Shown piece by piece: positions 14,128 through 26,639 of a stretch of DNA of 64,000 nt. This DNA is from Octopus vulgaris. Taxonomy: Eukaryota. A model generated the notes under the pieces. It made no database searches. It saw only the letters and a program-made list of their open reading frames with translations, and was not told the DNA's origin. A program made the translations under genes and the position numbers. Position 1 is the first letter of the stretch. Every line of letters begins with the position of its first letter. The stretch is from positions 70,184,001-70,248,000 of the forward strand of contig OX597832.1 in assembly GCA_951406725.2 (NCBI GenBank), written 5' to 3'.

Positions 14128-14299
14128 ATATACTATTTATTTATTATTTAGTATTTATTCAGTTTTAGGTAAATGATTTATCGTATCTAATGTTTTTCTA
14201 TATGGTATTATTTAATTATATTATTGTTGAATTGCTACATGGTGGTTCTTCTCTAAATTATATATATATGTATATATATATATATATATATATTTATAT

Positions 14300-14999
14300 A
14301 ACTAATGTAGGATAAAATTTTTTTGGGGGAAAAAAATTTCATCAATGGCCAGCATATCAAAAAATACCTGTAAAGGTTAGATTTATAAATAATTTACAAT
14401 ATAAGGGCAAAAGAAAAATTCTAATGCCAAATATGCCGAAAAAGACAAAAATTGTCAATTAACCATTATAATTTATGCGTCTCGAAACCGATAGAAATTT
14501 CTAAAAAATTCCTAATTACCGTACTGGACAAATTTCGGAGTTAATTCATAATAATTTTCTCCTCTTAAGCGGCAAATACGCGAGATATAAGTGAAATACT
14601 TACTCATACCCATGGAAAAAGCAAACACCGAGTGCTGAGCAGACCTAAGTACCCTAAATATATACAAAATAGAAAATCTTCGGCACGCTTCGAGACACAT
14701 ATGATTCGAACTAGAAACTTTCACAGAGTGATATATTTGGGGTACTTAGGTCTGCTCAGGACTTGGTGTTTACTTTTTCCATGGGTATGAGTAAGTATTT
14801 CACTTATATCTCGCGTATTTGCCGCTGAAGAGGAGAAAATTATTATGAATTAACTCCGAAATTGGTCCAATACGGTAATTAGGATTTTTTTTAGAAATTT
14901 CTATCGGTTTCGAGACGCATAAATTATAATGGTTAATTGACAATTTTTGTCTTTTTCGGCATATTTGGCATTAGAATTTTTCTTTTGTCCTTATATTGT

Positions 15000-15005
<6 letters not shown>
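14300..15005. mobile_element. Palindromic PLE-terminus cassette (arms ~14390-14662 / 14733-15005) between (TA)n
   Basis: Near-identical inverted arms of about 270 bp, each carrying a hammerhead motif. Confidence 0.85.
14814..14875 (+). ncRNA. Type I hammerhead ribozyme motif (mirror copy at ~14520-14580 on - with G5U)
   Basis: CTGAAGA-ggag..ctcc-GAAA-ttg-GTC. Distal stem I cgtatt/aatacg, proximal stem I weak. Confidence 0.6.
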
Positions 15006-15032
<27 letters not shown>

Positions 15033-15035
<3 letters not shown>

Positions 15036-16866
15036 GACAGTAAATAGTAATAATATGTTTTCAATGGCATAAAAATACACTATAATAACAACAATGGACT
15101 ATAATTATTGATATAGATTAATCATACAGAGTCTGATATATTTCAGAATATAAAAATTCCTTTTTCAGATATCCCCAGGGATTGATCGAGTCACTGCTAT
15201 AATCGGTTTTCCAACGGTTTTATTCCCCGTAAGCGTCTCTGCAGTCGTCTTACGAAGTTCCTTCCGGAATTCCTCATGAGAAGTGTATCAGGGCTGCCAT
15301 GTCTCAAGCTCGTGTGTGCTGGCACGTCTGTAGCGCTGCTTCCAAGTCATGCATTATACGTGCAGTTTTCTTTTTTTCCCTTTCTTCTTTTTTCTAAATA
15401 ATAGATGAGCATGTCATCAAAAGTGAACCTACACGCATCCAAATGTAGCTAAATAATATATTGACTGCCAACCCCCAGCCTGTTGTTAATTTGTGGCCCT
15501 AGTCTGTCTATGAGGATAGCTTCCTTAATACTTAGAGTACCCACATTTCTTTCATTGGTCTCACTTATGACTGGTATGCTTTTGTCGGTGTTCCGTCATC
15601 TGTCTATATGTTTTCTGAAGGAGGAGGCTCTCGTGGCCAGATGTTCTTTGATGTGAATGTGTAACCGTCTTCTCGTACTACCCACATAGAACTTGTTGCA
15701 TTTTGTTACATTGTATTCTATACACAATATTTACCCGTTGGCATAAATATGTGTCACGGATGGGGCAGTTTGCTAGTGTGCATTGATTGCTGTCCCTTGC
15801 TCATTTCTTTGTGAGGTATCATCTCAGAGAGGGGTCGGAATGAACTAGTTGTATGTCTTGTCCTTCTCTTATGGCTCTTCGGATGGCTGTAGATAGCCTC
15901 TCACTAAAATGGGGTATTCTAAGGAAGCATGTGTTGCCTTGTTTTCTGTGTGTTTGGCGTATTTTTTGTCTTGGGTACTTAAGTCGATTTACAATGGATA
16001 TAGGTTACCTGTTGGTTTGCAATACCTCTAGGAAGTGTGTGGTGTGCGTCACTTTGTCGTCTGTCCTGCTGCACTTGCTCTGGATGCGTGGAAGTTCTTT
16101 TCTGGCGTAACCTATTTTGGCACCGAGTGGAAGGACTGAATTGTAGTGAAAGAACATATCTCTACTGGCTGCTTTCCTGTAGAACTCAGTGTGGATCTCT
16201 CCTTCTTCTCTTATTTTCCGTTGGGAGTCGAGTAGTGATATAGATCCAGTGATGTCGGGATGTTCTATAGTGAACTGTATGTTCATATCCATGTTGTTAA
16301 ACGTCGTGAATATGCAGTCAACCTCTTCACGGGAGGATGTGAGTATGAGGATGTCATCTACGTATCTGCTGAAGAAGGCGCATGAGCGGCAGATGTTGAG
16401 TGCTCGACGTTCCAGGTGGTTCGTATAAGTGATGGCTAGTAGGCCCGAGAGACTGGATCCCATGGCGAGATCTGATGTCTGTATATGTGATCATGGAAAG
16501 ATAAGTAGATGTTGTCCAAGATGATGGACAAAAGTTGAGGTATTTTAGCTGCGGTGAGTCCGAAGCAGTGGATGCCGGGTGCTACTATGCAGTCAGTCAA
16601 TAGGTTGACCGCCGAGTGTGCTGGCACCGCTGTGTACATTGAGACGTCAAGACTAAAGGCATATCTGTTTCGCCTGGGTTGGTCTAGGGGTAGTTGGTGC
16701 AGGTAAAGTGGAGAGTATGGGTTTCAGTATGTGAGAAAGTAGCCAGGATATTTTATATAGAGTTCCTTCCTCGACGGAGACGATGGGTCTGATCTGGATC
16801 GTATTGCTATCCTTGTGTGCTTTAATGAGTTGATAAAATCTGGGTAATCTACTGTTCTTTGTGATG

Positions 16867-16870
<4 letters not shown>
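15033..16870 (-). mobile_element. Penelope-like retroelement, 5' truncated, RT plus GIY-YIG pseudogene, inserted in (TA)n
   Basis: [57 protein letters not shown], then IVYRIQC..YVGSTRRRLHIHIKEHL. Several frameshifts. Confidence 0.92.
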
Positions 16871-16931
<61 letters not shown>

Positions 16932-17047
16932 GTATATATATATATATATATATACATATATGATCATCACAAAGAACAGTAGATTACCCAGATTTTATCA
17001 ACTCATTAAAGCACACAAGGATAGCAATACGATCCAGATATATATAC

Positions 17048-17127
<80 letters not shown>

Positions 17128-17565
17128 CAATGTATCTCTTTCCCTCTCGCTCACTCGTTCTGTATATGTTTATTAGTGTATATGTGTCTATCTGTGTACA
17201 TGTATGCATACATGTACTTAGATAGACATGGTATGTATATATGTGTAGGATGCCAACGATATAAAATAGAAAGTTCAGATGTTTTGTAGAGAAAAACAAA
17301 ACCAGAAAATAGTGCGAGTGATTGTCTGTTGAGTGTTGATGTCTAAATATATCATTGAACCGTGACAATAGGGAGGGAAACTAGTAGGACATGGCGCTGG
17401 AGGAAATGTGTTAGGAAAACAGGAAACGTTGTTGTGGGAATGAGGAAGTGAGGTGGGATGTCAATCGTGTTATCCACTGTTTGATGTGTATTAATTGATA
17501 AAATATTGTCACGTTGCACCCTTCTTAGATATGCGTGTGTGTGTGTATGTGAGTGTTATGTGTAG

Positions 17566-17610
<45 letters not shown>

Positions 17611-17902
17611 TATATATGTAGTATATGTATATATTATGCATAATAATAATATTACATATGTATAACATATGCATATACTATGTATAAATATATATATATA
17701 CACACACACACATATATATATATGTATGCGCGTATGCATATATGCATATTTATGTGTATGCTTGTATATGTATATGTGTATGTGTTCTTCTATATTTATG
17801 TTGGTATGTTTTAGTGATAAAAATATGTTTGGGTTCATACGGACAATGAAACATGCACAAATATACATAGGCATACTATAGACATACATATATACATCCA
17901 CA

Positions 17903-17951
<49 letters not shown>

Positions 17952-17952
<1 letters not shown>

Positions 17953-18435
17953 AAAATTATATAAAGCAAATATGATCGGTTTCGATGATGTATCTCATCT
18001 TATCAAATATCAGTAAAAATTTGTAAAAATTTGAATTAAAAACAGTTTATCTTCTGTCTTTGGGTTAAAAATATATCTGGAGATTTTTCGTTGAAGTCTT
18101 CTTTAAATATAATCTGGCATAGAGTTCAAAGTGTTGGAGAGAGAGAGGGGGTGTAGTTGTCTATTGTCTAAAAGAGAGCTTTTAAGTCACTCTCTTGGCA
18201 CAACCCACATAGATTTCTTTTAGACAATAGACAACTACTCTCCCTCCCTTACTCTCTAACACCTTGAACACTATACCAAACTATATTTAACGAAGACTTC
18301 CACGAAAAATCTTCAGACATAGTTTTGACTCCCAGACAGAAAACTGTTTTTACTTCAATTTTTTATAAATTGTTATTGATATCTGATAAGATAAGATTCA
18401 TCATGAAAACCGGGAATATTTACTTCATATAATTT
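17952..18435. repeat. Older palindromic cassette (arms ~17952-18175 / 18214-18435) with outward-facing hammerhead-like motifs
   Basis: gtagttgtctattgtctaaaaga / tcttttagacaatagacaactac at the centre. Minus 17969-18011 reads gatat-TTGATAA-gatga(gataca)tcatc-GAAAccgATC-atatt. Confidence 0.75.
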
Positions 18436-18749
18436 TAAAAATCATTTTATTAAATTCCTTCTTAAATTGAAATGTCTTCAATTTAGGTCTCCATCTTTTA
18501 TATATAAATATTTGATTTGTATAGAACTCTAATCTATTTTCAACCTATATATATATAAGCAACAAGGATGTACAGATGTCAATACATTATGGCCGTTTCA
18601 AGCGACTCCATTTAGTTGATCAATGCATACATTACATCAATTTGAAATAAAACTGCTCTCTTCAGATGGCAATGTACTTCAATTTAAATATCTAATTCAA
18701 CTGAATCTTAATCATATTTTATATAACTTTTATCTTTTATTTTTTACTG

Positions 18750-19342
18750 GTTTCAGCCCAGGGATGTGGTCATGCTGGTGCACCACTTGTAGTTACGCAG
18801 GGTTGTTTCCGATATTGTTTTTGGTGAAGTAGCGAGATGGATGGAGCCTTTGTGACTCCTGCCGCTATGTGGGTTCATCTGGTATTCCAAATAGAAACTT
18901 GTCCAGACGTTCCTTGAAAACTGCCACATCAACACATCAATGTAGATCTCTAAGGTTGCCTGGCAGGATGTTGAACAATTGCATTCCCTTGAAACCCAGA
19001 CTATTGCAGTACTGTGTCCTTATTTTAGATGGGGAAGACAAGTATGATGCAGTGCTGTCCAGTTCTAGGATTGGTATAGCTGTCAATTCCAAAATTGGGA
19101 GCTAAACCCATTAAGATCTTCCAAATATATATCACCTCATATCTCTCTCGTCATCTCTCCAGGGAATAGAGACTCAGCTCCTTCAGCCTCTCCCAGTAGC
19201 ACATATTTTGCATAGGTCCATCATAGTCAAGTGGCTGAGAACGAAAGTCTTCCATTGGAGTAGCAGGTCTTCCCTTTTCCTCGTTCTGAATGTCCTCAGA
19301 ATCCTTCCAGCCACTCGACTGCACTGTGTTGCCATCCTGGTA
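18750..19342 (-). mobile_element. CR1/L2-group non-LTR retrotransposon RT C-terminal fragment
   Basis: ILRTFRTRKREDLLLQWKTFVLSHL, YWERLKELSLYSLER and GFKGMQLFNILP..FKERLDKFLFGIPDEP. Confidence 0.7.
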
Positions 19343-19370
19343 ATACGTAACACACACACATACACACATA

Positions 19371-19416
<46 letters not shown>

Positions 19417-19801
19417 TGTGTGTGTGAATGTGTGTGTGTGAATGTGTGTATACACATACACAGATGATAGACAAAAACATAAGCATAGCTATACAAATGT
19501 GTCTCTATGTATGCAAATTCGCCATGATTGACGGCTAACTCCAAATGTTTTTTTTCATTTTCTCTCTGTTTATTTCCTTGTGTTCCTTTCTGTTGAAGAG
19601 CGTAGGCTCGAAACGTTAAATACTTTCTCACCTTCCTGAGAGTCAAACAAATACACCTGCTTGTTGTTTATACACCTGTCTTCGTTATTTTGTTTTTTCT
19701 GTAAATTTCAATCAATAATATATGTAATATATATATGTTCCGCTGATGATGTAAGTAGGCATGTATATGTATGTATATATATATATGATCCACTGATGAT
19801 A

Positions 19802-19894
<93 letters not shown>

Positions 19895-20139
19895 GCATAT
19901 ATCATCATCATCATCATCAGTGAATCATATATCCAAAAATGAAGGACACACTAAAATTTAGAGCAATAATATATTTACGTGAAGTTAAAGAAATATCCAG
20001 TCATAGAGTGACCAATGGTTTCGCACCCATAAAGTGCTTAGCTTTATTGAGGCCTCGCATTATAATACCATAAAAGAAAAACTCTATTGTCACTATTCAC
20101 TAAATGAGCCATAAAACCTTATTGTAAAAATTTATTTAC

Positions 20140-20720
20140 TGGGAGCCGGATTTACCCAAACCATTGAGCGTTTGATTAGTCACTACTGACAAGATTGAAT
20201 AGCAAAACTAGTGTAGTCTAATGATTCTAGAGAAATTTCACGGGGTGCTTATTTCCTCTGTGAATGTATATATATTTATTGCGCGCTTCTTGGTGAATTT
20301 AGAGGTTTTTAACTCTTATCACATGCAATATAGGTGCTTCGGCAATCTCAGTCACGAATAGTGCCTGTAAAATTTTTATTTCATGGCATTACATTGCGCC
20401 GAGCTGTTTATGCAAATTTTTTATATATGCATTAACATTTCGCTAAACCAGCCATAATTTTTTATGGTAAAACTATACATACTGACAGCCGAATTAAACC
20501 AAACCATCCTGCGTTTGAGTAGTCACTACTAACGAGCATAAGACTGATATGCGAAACTAGTCTAGTGTACTGACCCTAAAGACGCTCACGGGTCGGTTAC
20601 CTTCCTATCTGTCGATATATATATTGCCTCGATTCTTACAGCTTTAACAGTATTTTACTCTTATCTCTTGTAATATAAGCTCTTCAGTACTCTCAGTCAT
20701 AAATAGTGACGGTAAAAAAT
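20140..20720 (+). repeat. Two diverged tandem 343-nt units, each with a type I hammerhead motif
   Basis: Copy 2 (20524-20567): cacta-CTAACGA-gcata(agactga)tatgc-GAAA-cta-GTC-tagtg. Copy 1 (20181): cacta-CTGACAA. The two give a consensus core of CTGACGA. Confidence 0.75.
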
Positions 20721-20859
20721 TTCCACAGAAAGGAGCACAGAAAGAAACAAGGAAAGAAAATAAAGAATGTGTAGTAGCTTGCACTCTTTATTCGTTATGG
20801 CCACTGGTTTATTCCAACTTCTCCCTAACGCACCAAAACAGGCCTTCATAAATTGTTTA

Positions 20860-21550
20860 CAAGTAATAACCTAATTATCTCTTTTGAAAATAACACTAGA
20901 GTCAGATACCTTCGACTCAGATACAAACTTATATCACCATTTCCATAAACCTAATTAAACACCAACATATATCAACGTCCTATCCAATCACCCTGCACTT
21001 ATTCTTAATAGTACAGTCACCGGTATCCCTATTATAATCTCAATTTTATTAGCTAACGAAGACAGATTTAACAATCACACCCCGTATTATAACCGAGCTC
21101 CTTAGATCAGTTATTTTCGCGGAAAGACCTTTTATATCCCCAACCCTAAACTTAAAGCTAAGATAGCACTTCTCTGTCCAAATACTAATTCTGAACCCAC
21201 TAGACATTCTCTCATCCACACCCCTTCAATCTTAAAAACAACGCCCCTACACATCGCTTCTGTCGACCCTCAACTCCGATCACCTCGAAACTGTGATAAC
21301 CGAAGTTTTCTTTCTGGTCACACTCACTATACCCACGTGCTCTAAGCGCTCCACGGGCAGGAAACGCCAGACTCTATGGTTAGTGCTACTTTTCTCCCTC
21401 GAAGTAACATCCCTATCTAAAACTTTTCATCAAAATTCTGAACTCTAGTTTCCCATAGGCATCATCCGAACTTCAACATCTTCTCCATCACATCTAATGA
21501 TGGATCCATAATTGCCTCCTCTCACACATGCAAACTTCAACATGGATACA
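20860..21550 (+). mobile_element. Decayed Penelope-like RT thumb/linker fragment
   Basis: Remnants HKPN..PTYINVLSNHPALIL..ANEDRFNNHTPYYNRA, matching the PLE YRKP..YI...SNHP motif. Confidence 0.6.
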
Positions 21551-22029
21551 TGTTTTATATATGACACCCAAGCAGTTTTATTTGTTTATTCCCATCATTC
21601 TTTCTCTCTCTCTCGCTTCCTATATCTGTCATATATGACAATATATGCATATACTTACTGTATGAAAATTACTATGATATATACATATACATAAATACAT
21701 TATTATATGTGTGTGTGTGTATATATATATATTCACATACACGCACAAACACACACTCACACACGCATTTACACTTCTGGCTATGTATTAATGTGCACAC
21801 ATATAGTTAGGTAGTTACACAAGCACGCACACACTCACGCACATATACACACATGCATATGTATGTGTGTGTGGGCACATACATTACCATGTGGACACAT
21901 ATACTTTATGAGGACATCTGCGTACATCAACGAATGCATTCCCATTCATATATTTCAATACATGCATTTGTGTACTCGTAAACTGTACACATTTTACAAC
22001 AAACAAACTTCCTTTTCTTATTTATTGAC

Positions 22030-22290
22030 CGCAATAAATACGTGAGACCGTCTATATAAAAGCATGGTTATAAAACGGCGCACGAATGTATAGTCCCATA
22101 TATCCTAGATAAAAGCAAATCAGAGCCGTCATTTCACTCTGCATCATGCTATAACGGGAATTATATTGCTACGCATCCTCAGAACGCTCCCTAATCCACA
22201 TAAAATTCTTGTGTCCGTACAAATATTAGGCGAAGCTGCAATTTGATTTATTTCTAATAACAGATCTGGGGATGACGTATTTTCATTCCT
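22030..22290 (+). repeat. Local non-coding duplication, copy 1 (copy 2 at ~25420-25690)
   Basis: Shared blocks such as ggaattatattgctacgcatc and cataaaattcttgtgtccgtacaaat.ttaggcgaagctgcaatttgatt. Confidence 0.85.
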
Positions 22291-22407
22291 ACCTGGACAA
22301 AAGCGGCATTTTTTTTACCATTTATCACTAATTCTTCTGTCAGCATCAAAATAAAAGAGCTTCCCATGGATGTACGACCATATACAGCAATGCATATACA
22401 TACATAC

Positions 22408-22454
<47 letters not shown>

Positions 22455-23259
22455 CACATACGCATGCACACACATTGGTAATAGAACTATTCCTTCATTT
22501 CATTTATTATCCCTACTAGTCTGTACACTTCCAAAACTATACATACAAACACACACATACTCCCTTTAACCTTCGTCTTACACAGAGCAAATTTTGTGCT
22601 GACTTGGGTTTTTCTTTATCTTATATTAAGTCTATTAAGGTCAAACTTTTCAAGGCAGAATTGTTTAATGTAGTTAAAAATATCCTACCAAGACGAGCTT
22701 AATACATTTTTCTAAACAGAAGTCTCTTCTCAAAAGATACTGGTCATTACGGTATCTCTTATGAACATGATTCTCCACGATTGGATATTGGCATTTGCAA
22801 AGTGAATTCGCTTAATTTGTGACTTAATCATACATGGACCCGCTGTCATATTGCTACTCCCATTCTTGATTACTCAAGGTACTAATAACTTCATCATAGA
22901 TTATGAATTATGTATCAAGATGTTTATACACCATGTACTGCAGTAGGAATTACCTCCCCCCCACCCTCAGTGTACAGATATTCGTGGCCTAAGCATGTGC
23001 AGACATTTTTACACTGGCTTATTCATCCCACTCCAAAAAGTTACGATAAACATTCTCTTACTAGGACTACAGATCGATGGTTCGTTTACGGTTTAAGCAT
23101 CTGGTTACAAAATTTTACAAATAACTTTCGTTTCGGTTTACAAATATTTATACTTAATCTCCACTAATGTGTAATCCTTTCCCATGTTGTATGTATGTAT
23201 GTATGTATGCAAGTGTGTGTGTATATCATATATATGTATTTGTATATATATATATACAA

Positions 23260-23336
<77 letters not shown>

Positions 23337-23362
23337 CATATACATATATATATATATATATA

Positions 23363-23915
23363 TATTAAAATTACTAAGTCTCTCTAAAAGAGAACAACGG
23401 CAGCGTTCCCGGAAGATATTAGTTATCGCCATACTAATATGGCATTCTTATAAAAATAAGAATAAAGCTGACCGCTTATTAGCTCCATGAGGCCATCGCT
23501 TTATTCTTATTTTTATAAGAATGTCATATTAGTATGGCGATAACTAATATTTTCCGGGAACGCTGCCGTTGTTCTCTTTTAGAGAGACTTAGTAATTTTA
23601 ATATTTCTATTATTGAAAACAAGTGGATGTATTCCACCGAAGCTAGGTAAATAAAACCTTTGAACAGAGATTGTCAGAAGCGACACCTACTGGTCTGGCT
23701 ACACTGCATTGAAAAGGGGCAATACCCCGAAACGCGTCTGTAGCTGCCGGCCAAGTAGTGTGGAGCGACTGACCTCCCTTGTTCAAAGGTTATATGGATA
23801 CAGTTTGTGTATCAAATAGCTAACTTAAGGCGATGGCCTCATGGAGCTAATAAGCGGTCAGCTTTATTCTTATTTTTATAAGAATGCCATATTAGTATGG
23901 CGATAACTAATATTA
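23363..23915 (+). mobile_element. Retrozyme-like element: 363-nt unit with terminal direct repeat and inverted 5' arm, inserted in (TA)n
   Basis: 23498-23552 recurs at 23861-23913. 23363-23499 is an inverted copy. One hammerhead per unit and no ORF. Confidence 0.8.
23691..23752 (+). ncRNA. Minimal type I hammerhead ribozyme with U3-A8 core, predicted cleavage after 23738
   Basis: ctgca-TTGAAAA-gggg(caata)cccc-GAAA-c(gc)GTC-tgtag, with palindromic ACGCGT stem III and an extended stem I. Confidence 0.8.
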
Positions 23916-24469
23916 TATATATATTCATATATATTTAATATGCGTGCACGCACACACATACTCACAGATTCACGCACACATATATATATATGCAAGCACA
24001 CAAGCATACATATATACACACACACAAACGCACGCTCACACACACGTGTGTAGATGTCAAATATTTATGGGAAAAGTGTTCTGTGACGAGTTGACTTTTA
24101 CGACTTACGTCCAACAACGCCGGGTCTTCGCAATCCATTGTTTACGTAATGAAACTCCCCGAGCGGAAATAAAGAAAATGTCTGCTAAAATGAGTACCTT
24201 CTGTTGAAAGTGGTTTGTTAAGTACAGCACCAATTTCCACGTCGTTGGTAAAGCTACAACTATATAACATATATAGGTGAACATTAATATTTTTGGACAT
24301 AAGATGAAAGGCTAAATAAATTCACGCCAGCACACACACACAACGCACTTGTACATAAACGCAAACATGTATTTGCGCGCCTGCTTGGACATACGTATAT
24401 GCGTACATATATACATGCATACATACACGAATAATTTTTTATAGCGATCAAATGTATGACCTGTATATC

Positions 24470-24657
24470 AGCTCAGTCTCACCATCAAATCGACGTTGTC
24501 TGAACAAGTGCAGAGCGAACGACACAGCAGGTGTCAAAGTCAGGCGTCGCAGAGAAGACGTGTTTTGCTTAAGAACACAACGTAGAAACCCCTCTAGATA
24601 GTAAATCCACCATCTCCCTATCGTGATTGCAACACCCTAACCGTTAGGCCATGCGTC
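24470..24657 (-). mobile_element. Diverged tRNA-derived SINE (family C-like)
   Basis: Minus strand reads acgcatggcctaacggttagggtgttgc..cacgat, plus gttgtgttcttaagcaa as in 54489-54828. Confidence 0.55.
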
Positions 24658-24677
24658 CTCATATATACATATATCTA

Positions 24678-24807
<130 letters not shown>

Positions 24808-24890
24808 TATATGTATATATGTATATATGTATGTATGTATGTATGTATGTACGTATTGGATGAATGAGATATATAAATATATTAGTTCGT

Positions 24891-24926
<36 letters not shown>

Positions 24927-25972
24927 GCACACACACATATATACGTATGTATCCATACATGCATAGATATATGTCAAAGTTTATGCAACTAAGTCTATAT
25001 GTGTTTTTGTCTGAGTATGTATGCTTCATACAAATTTGTGTGCATATGTGTATGCTTGTGTATGTGTGTGTATGTCTTTCTCACCCCCTCTCTTTCCCTC
25101 TCCCTCATTCTCTTACCGTCTCTCTCTCTCTTTCTCTTTCTCTCTAATTACTGAAACAAATAAAAGAATAGTGACAGAAAGTGAGAGAAAAATTTATATA
25201 CATTATATATTCACACACACATAAATACATGTGTGTGTCTATTTGTAGGCAGGCAGGTATTCTTACTCTATAAACAAGCGTATGTAAGTGTCCGTATGTC
25301 TATCCGTCTTTTTGAATATAACAACTCTGCAATCTATTCGCAGTTGTATGTCTCAATCCCTGTGTTTCAATGCTTCACATAATTTTATAACAACCTAACA
25401 ACCAACCATCCTCTTCGTATTTATTGATTGCTGTAAATACATGAGAATCTCTTTACAAGCGCATGGTTATAAAACGACCGACTAATGTGTCGTCCCATGT
25501 ACCGAGATAAAAGAAATATCAGAGCCGCCATTACATTCTGCATCATGGTATAACAGGAATTATATTGCTACGCATCTACAGAACGCTTCCTAATCTACAT
25601 AAAATTCTTGTGTCCGTACAAATTTTAGGCGAAGCTGCAATTTGATTGATTTCGACCAAAAGATCTGTGGATGACGTATTTTCGTTTGTACCTTCTCAAA
25701 AGACAATCTTTTTCACTTTTACCGCTTATTTGTTCCCGATCCATACATGAAAATATATTCACAGATACACATGCATAACCATATACATGCACACATGCAT
25801 ACACACGCACACACACATATATACACACATATTGTACATTTTTGATTATTATGCTTAATTGTCTGAATGACACAAAAAGGAACTTAAGAGACGAGGTGTT
25901 GATTAGTATAATGTCCTTATGTAAAAAAAAAACACTACAGTTACTTTTAGATGATGATGAGGATGATGATTA

Positions 25973-26041
<69 letters not shown>

Positions 26042-26049
26042 TCATTATT

Positions 26050-26605
26050 GAGTGAGAGAGCAGTGCATGCCATCAAAGTGACCCTGGGGTAAAATATAAG
26101 AAGCTCAGTATACCCATCATGACTACCCGTCTCATAAGGGTAAGTCAAGCACATGCATCACAACCATATGTGCGCGACATGGTGATCTCATATCAAGGTA
26201 AACAGCACATGACCTTGCAGGTGGGGTCCAGTTACAATTTTCTTCAGTTCGAGTGGCTCATCGCACGTAAAACGTCCCTGAATAACGGTTGTTTAGGGAT
26301 TTTAAATGAAACACCCATGTTTCTACATGTGAATTATTCAAACCCCAAAGAATCCCTCTCAACACATGGCTATGATGCTCCCCCACTACTTCCGTTCGTG
26401 ATTAGAGATGCACATATCGTCATCCACTGAGGGACATACTCAACTGCTTAAGGTCAAACAACTGACAAGCAAATGTGTGGTATTGAGCAGAATATTCGCT
26501 GTAGCACATCGTTTATACCGACACAAAATATATACATGATAACACTTCCAATCAGTTAAGATCAGAAGCCACGAGAGCCACTGCCTGGCATTGCATAAGG
26601 GCATT
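26050..26605 (-). mobile_element. TAA-associated non-coding element, copy 3 (apparently complete, ~555 bp)
   Basis: (TTA)n on both sides (25968-26049 and 26606-26625). Collinear with 2701-3180. Confidence 0.85.
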
Positions 26606-26639
26606 TATTATTATTATCATTATTGTTGCTGTTGCTGTT

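Noticed and set aside
15127-15175. Hammerhead at the 3' end of the Penelope element (CTGAAAA..ggaat/attct..GAAAtatATC on minus)
   Set aside because: The position is plausible, but the 3-8 pair and stem I are broken, so it is too decayed to call.
19587-19620. ttt-CTGTTGA-a-gagc(gtag)gctc-GAAAc-GTT-aaa hammerhead-like motif (also at ~9462)
   Set aside because: A6 is mutated, there is an extra base and stem III has no loop. Noted only as a likely relic.
26540-26605. HDV-like ribozyme at the 5' end of the TAA-associated element (ctctcgtgg)
   Set aside because: I could not build P1/P3 pairing by eye.
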